Shown piece after piece: positions 61,590 through 64,000 of a stretch of DNA of 64,000 bases. The first letter of the stretch is position 1. Every line of letters starts with the position of its first letter. This stretch comes from an uncultured virus (IMG/VR IMGVR_UViG_3300015607_005478) (lineage: Duplodnaviria > Heunggongvirae > Uroviricota > Caudoviricetes): the IMG/VR virus record IMGVR_UViG_3300015607_005478; one strand, 5' to 3'. The position numbers and the translations under genes were made by a program. Below the pieces are notes generated by a model that did no database searches, was not told the origin of the DNA, and saw only the letters and a program-made list of their open reading frames with translations.

Positions 61590-64000
61590 ATGGCCGGATA
61601 TACCGCCGAAGAGATTCAAGCCGTCGTCGAGAAGCTGGTGCTCTCCACCATCCGGAGGCCTTTCGACACTCTCGGTGTAAGGAGACCGGATGTGTCCTTC
61701 ACGGATGTGCAAGAGGCTGCGGCCGGGGTTTTCTTGTTGTACCCAAACAGCCCTTTCTACGTTCTATACCTAGGAGCACAGCGCCTTGGCGACCTGATTG
61801 CGGCGGAGGCGTCCAGCATCGAGCAGCTCCTGGACGCCATCGAGGCGACAGGACGGAACGTGCTGCCGGTCGAGGACGTGTCGACGCTGTTCAACGCCCA
61901 AGCGGCTCTCCAAGAGCTCGGGAGCGCGGCGGCGGCCCGAGGGGGCATCTTCGGGGACATCACCAAGGCGCCGGCGTACCAGCGCTTCTCGAACAACGTG
62001 CAGCAGTTCCTGAGCGGGCCCGGCCAGAACGTGAAGCAGGCAGGCACCATCGTCCAGACGCCTCAGCAGGCGCGGGCGGCCATCCCTGGCCTTCTGTCCC
62101 AGCTCGAGGAGGCACATGCCACGCTCGTTGCTCGGGTGGGCGGCATCGCGAGCGGCATCGAGGACTACAACAAGGTGAACCTGCCGCGCGTTGTATCCAC
62201 CTCGGTGCTCTCGAACGCGGCGAACCTCGTGGGCGCCGATGCAGCGGCTCTGGATGTACTCACTCCAACAGAACGCCTGACCCTCATCCGCCAGACGGTG
62301 CTCGACGTGCTGAGCGTCCGCGCGGTGGTTACAACGTTTGGCTCCTTCGCACCGGCGAGCGACTTCTACGCGCTCGAGGGCATCGGGCGGCCCTACTCCG
62401 ATGCGAAGCACTTGAGCACGCCCGCGTTCGGCGATGTGGGCGTCAACACCTTCGGCATCATCCAGGGCGTCAACGACAGCATTACTGTCACCGTCGACGA
62501 CGGCGCGCCACTCACACTGACCTTCCAGCCCTCGAACCTCGCCGAGCTCGACGGCGTGGCGACGGATGACCGGTTCATCATCGGCAATGGCACAACGCCC
62601 GTCCTTCCGGGTGGAGCGTCTGTTCCGAACAACAACATCTTCCAGCTTGAGGTGGACGGCACCATCTACCAAGCGACGCTCACCCCTTCGAGCTCGCCCA
62701 CACCGGCGGTGCGCATTGGCTCGGGGGATACAACAACGTCGGGCTGGTACGGCGGTGGCGGCACGCTCAACGGCAAGACGCTCATCCTCAACATCGACGG
62801 CACGTTCACGTATACGGTGACGTTCACCGCGCCAGCTAACGCAGCGGCCATGGTCTCGCAGATCAACGCGGTTACAAATGTGACCGGTGGGCAGCATCTC
62901 GTTGTAGCGGACATCTTCAGCAATCGTCTCAGGCTCACCACCGTAAACACGGGTGCCGGCGCGGTCATCATGATCGGGCCAGGCACGGCCGACAGCATCC
63001 TGGGACTGGCACAAGGCACAACGGTGCGCGGATCTTCTGGAGCACGCACCGCAGACCAAGTAGCGGCGGACATTCAGGCCGTGTTGCCCGCCGGCGTTGT
63101 AGCGGAAGGTTACTTCACGCCGCTCCGCTTCAGCGGCGCCTTCCATATCAATGCGGACTTCGCTGGGTTCTCGACGTTCGAGGCTCTTGCGGGAGCCACG
63201 GACTTCCTCGCACTCGGCGTGACGAACAAGGACGTCGTTCACGTGTTGGATGGGCCAAACGCCGGCATCTATCCCATCAACGCCGTCGGCACGACCACGA
63301 TCGATGTATTGGGCTTCTTCACCGATGACCCGAGCCGCGTGTGTGAAATTGGTCCAGCCAACCGCGCGGTGCGCGTCCGTTGTACGGATCCTGCAACGCA
63401 GCTCCCGATTGAAACAACCATCAAGACCGTTGCGACGTTCTCCATCGCGCAGGCGTGCCTCGACGTGCTCGGCTTCATCGCCGGCGGTGCCTCGCAGTGC
63501 TTGCGAACGCCGATGAAGGACCTCGCAACGGACCTGAGCCACAAGAGCTCGGCGCTCTCCTTCGAGGCCGTGCCGCATTACACGCTCACGAATGTCCGTG
63601 CGCTCACGAAGCCGACGGATCCGAGCGTTGTAACCATCGTGCCGATTCAAGCCGTCGGCACACAGGCGTTCGCCTCCACGACCATCGCGTACACGGTTAC
63701 ATCCGTGGTGGCTTCGCAGCGCGCGGTTGTTCCTTCTTCTGACCGCCTCTTCCTCAACGACGGGCCGAACGCCTTCGCTGACTACGGCATCAACACCATC
63801 AATGGCTCCACGGCAGCGAAGACGCTCGAGGTCGGCGATGTGATCGTAGGAACGGGTACAGTCGCAGGGAGTGCGGGCTCCGGCGTCACTGTCTACATCA
63901 GCCAGCCCTTCACACCGGCGAAGTATGACGTGTTCGCCATCGATGGCGGTCCGAACAACGGTGACGATTACGTCGTCGGGCCTCCGCTGACGGGCGTGAA
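61590..64000 (+). CDS. Large putative virion (tail/baseplate) protein, truncated by the right edge
   Basis: Not in the ORF track because it has no stop in the window. MAGYTAEEIQAVVEKLV..., helical N-part then Thr/Gly/Val-rich beta regions; about 800 codons. Confidence 0.7.
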   Translation, partial: MAGYTAEEIQAVVEKLVLSTIRRPFDTLGVRRPDVSFTDVQEAAAGVFLLYPNSPFYVLYLGAQRLGDLIAAEASSIEQLLDAIEATGRNVLPVEDVSTLFNAQAALQELGSAAAARGGIFGDITKAPAYQRFSNNVQQFLSGPGQNVKQAGTIVQTPQQARAAIPGLLSQLEEAHATLVARVGGIASGIEDYNKVNLPRVVSTSVLSNAANLVGADAAALDVLTPTERLTLIRQTVLDVLSVRAVVTTFGSFAPASDFYALEGIGRPYSDAKHLSTPAFGDVGVNTFGIIQGVNDSITVTVDDGAPLTLTFQPSNLAELDGVATDDRFIIGNGTTPVLPGGASVPNNNIFQLEVDGTIYQATLTPSSSPTPAVRIGSGDTTTSGWYGGGGTLNGKTLILNIDGTFTYTVTFTAPANAAAMVSQINAVTNVTGGQHLVVADIFSNRLRLTTVNTGAGAVIMIGPGTADSILGLAQGTTVRGSSGARTADQVAADIQAVLPAGVVAEGYFTPLRFSGAFHINADFAGFSTFEALAGATDFLALGVTNKDVVHVLDGPNAGIYPINAVGTTTIDVLGFFTDDPSRVCEIGPANRAVRVRCTDPATQLPIETTIKTVATFSIAQACLDVLGFIAGGASQCLRTPMKDLATDLSHKSSALSFEAVPHYTLTNVRALTKPTDPSVVTIVPIQAVGTQAFASTTIAYTVTSVVASQRAVVPSSDRLFLNDGPNAFADYGINTINGSTAAKTLEVGDVIVGTGTVAGSAGSGVTVYISQPFTPAKYDVFAIDGGPNNGDDYVVGPPLTGV

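Noticed and set aside
61352..62569. 405-aa plus-strand ORF in the track
   Set aside because: Arg-rich off-frame shadow; the real gene starts at 61590 in another frame.
1..64000. CRISPR array, rRNA, integrase or transposase
   Set aside because: No regularly spaced repeats or recognisable motifs seen; visible repeats are coding (collagen, PKKAA, Gly-rich).

Overview
A GC-rich, gene-dense, operon-packed 64-kb segment of a large tailed phage genome (jumbo-phage-like). No host housekeeping operons, rRNA or CRISPR array are seen. Recognisable genes: papain-like C1 peptidase (cut by the left edge), dCMP deaminase, dNMP kinase, GroES, GNAT acetyltransferase, collagen-like lipoprotein, receiver domain, group-3-type sigma factor, DUF932-like protein, Dda/RecD-like helicase, PyrE and six free-standing homing-type endonucleases. 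Virion genes include a tail-chaperone-like pair with a -1 slippery site, a tape-measure-like protein, baseplate/tail-like proteins and a large ORF running off the right edge. The most unusual locus is a minus-strand operon at 30.9-32.7 kb: promoter, leaderless 6-codon minigene, nuclease, Pth2/PTRHD1-like gene, then two tRNA-like RNAs with abnormal anticodon arms. One RNA loop is complementary to the minigene's last codon and stop, which suggests tRNA-programmed recoding. Also notable: a repeated bipartite promoter (NCAA-N16-GRNAYAAGR) driving small genes and candidate sRNAs, a TTAGCC motif after terminators, and a protein cluster sharing an F-x-D-E-L-x-K-x-A motif that includes a kinase-like member. 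All family calls come from motifs recognised by eye; no searches were run.
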